Assembly (NCBI GenBank): GCA_037446215.1
Contig: JBBIJB010000057.1
Coordinates: forward strand, 1 to 15,615
Length of the DNA stretch: 15,615 bases
Direction of reading: 5' to 3'
Origin: Armatimonadota bacterium
GTDB lineage: Bacteria > Sysuimicrobiota > Sysuimicrobiia > Sysuimicrobiales > Humicultoraceae
The notes under the pieces are model-generated. The model was not told where the DNA came from. It was given only the letters and a program-made list of their open reading frames with translations, and searched no databases. A program made the position numbers and the translations under genes. Positions 14,315 to 15,615 of this stretch are shown here, in pieces; positions within the stretch are counted from its first letter, which is position 1; each line of letters starts with the position of its first letter.

Positions 14315-15615
14315 CTACCAGGTCATTGCCACCCCGGGCTGGGGGCCGGCGATCGAGACCTCCGTGAGGTCGGCGTCCCTGAGCAGACTGGACCACAGCC
14401 CCGGCGTCTCGGTGTGGATCGGGACCAGGATCTCGGGGCGCAGCCGTCTGACCATCTCGAGCAGATCGGGCCCCGAGGCGTGCCCGGAGGCGTGGCTGTG
14501 CAGCCGGGCGCGGACCCCGAGCAGGCTCAGCCAGTTGTCGAGACGCTCCTCGTCGAGCGCCTGCTCCTCGTTGTGCGCCTCGCTCGCCGACCGGATGTAG
14601 GTTGCCTCGCCGGCCTCGCCCACGCCCAGGTCCACGAGGTTCGTCACGTCCCAGAACGACAGCGCGACTATCAGGCGCGGAAGGAGGTGGCGCAGCTCGA
14701 GCGCGGTCCGGGCCGTGGGCCAGGAGACCACCCGCCTCTCCCAGGGCAAGTAGTCCTGCTCGCTGTAGGTGCCTGTCCTCTTGCGCTCCTTGAGGATCAG
14801 GATGGGCTCCCTGGTGGGGCAGGGCACGAAGGGATGGGCGCGGCAGAGCCGGTCCATCAGCAGCGCGTCCTCGGGCAGCACCACCAGCCAGCGCCCGGTC
14901 TCCGACGCTATGCGCGCGAAGGTCGAGAGGCGGTAGAAGTCCCTCGCCGCGAAGTCGGCGACCACAGGGCCGTTGGCCTTCCACACCTCGGCCAGGCACT
15001 CCTCGAAGACGTCCTCCTCGGTGCGGAGGTCGGAGGTGTCCAGGCGCGTGCCCTCGGAGATCAGCATCCACACGCCCTCCCTGGCCGCCGCCTCCACCAT
15101 CTCCCAACTGAGGTGGGCGTCCGGACCGTGGAAGCGGAGGTCGCCCGTGTAGAGGATGTTGCCCTTCGAGGTGCGTACCAGGTAGGCGGCGCAGCCGAGC
15201 ATCGAGTGGTCGACGCTTAGCCCGCGGCACGACAGGCCTCCCGCCTCGAACGCGCCCGTGGCGTCCTCGAACCGCCTCGGCACCACCGCGTCTGTCGATC
15301 TGTCCGCGGGCCGTGGGCGGAAGTTGACTATCTCGGTCTCGAAGTTGCGCCCCCGGCTGTTGTGGATCGCCTCCAGCGTCGCCAGGCAGGTGGGGGTGCA
15401 CCACACGGGAATGCGCTCGTCCAGGAAGCTGATGTGGCCCGCGTGGTCGAGATGGGCGTGGGACAGCAGCACGCCGCCGGGCCTGGGCGACGCGTGGGCA
15501 GGCAGTGGGTACCCCGAGACCTCCAGCAGGTCGTGCCTGTAGAGCCCCTCCGCGGATGGGAGGACGCCGGTCACCAGCAGGTCGGTCAGGCCGGCCGCCG
15601 TGCGCGGCCTCAGGT
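14315..15615 (-). CDS. MBL-fold beta-CASP metallo-hydrolase (RNase J-like), start lies beyond the window
   Basis: Motifs LLSHAHLDHAGH, VDHS, YTGDLRFHG, SEGT, HASGHA and PIHT. The frame stays open upstream of 15574 to the window edge (..LRPRTAAGLTDLLVTGVLP..). Confidence 0.88.
   Translation of the reverse strand, partial: LRPRTAAGLTDLLVTGVLPSAEGLYRHDLLEVSGYPLPAHASPRPGGVLLSHAHLDHAGHISFLDERIPVWCTPTCLATLEAIHNSRGRNFETEIVNFRPRPADRSTDAVVPRRFEDATGAFEAGGLSCRGLSVDHSMLGCAAYLVRTSKGNILYTGDLRFHGPDAHLSWEMVEAAAREGVWMLISEGTRLDTSDLRTEEDVFEECLAEVWKANGPVVADFAARDFYRLSTFARIASETGRWLVVLPEDALLMDRLCRAHPFVPCPTREPILILKERKRTGTYSEQDYLPWERRVVSWPTARTALELRHLLPRLIVALSFWDVTNLVDLGVGEAGEATYIRSASEAHNEEQALDEERLDNWLSLLGVRARLHSHASGHASGPDLLEMVRRLRPEILVPIHTETPGLWSSLLRDADLTEVSIAGPQPGVAMTW

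Noticed and set aside
1..15615. CRISPR array, IS/transposase, prophage or defence system
   Set aside because: No regularly spaced 23-50 bp repeats, terminal inverted repeats, or integrase, transposase or phage genes were seen. The beta-CASP gene has no defence-like neighbours within the window.

Overview
A 15.6 kb, high-GC bacterial chromosomal window with no mobile-element genes, CRISPR array or recognisable rRNA/tRNA. The left end holds the 5' part of a SYLF/YSC84-like exported protein gene (minus strand). Divergent from it is an apparent envelope redox/metal operon: four 11-bp-phased direct repeats plus a -10-like box, then an exported helical protein, a decayed and an intact DUF2202-like ferritin-fold paralog, a NapH/YccM-like membrane polyferredoxin frameshifted by a 41-bp insertion, and a small membrane-anchored partner. 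Next come adenosine-specific kinase (DUF355), two MFS transporters, ferritin, L-2-hydroxyglutarate oxidase, an atypical M19 dipeptidase-like protein and an MFS remnant. The right part has an HpcH/HpaI aldolase divergent from an SLC13/DASS permease, TspO, an exported clan GH-A-like protein and an RNase J-like beta-CASP hydrolase truncated by the window edge. The most unusual signals are the left-hand operon, the direct-repeat-plus-hairpin insertion scars in two genes, and gene remnants with internal deletions. All family calls come from motif recognition, not database searches.
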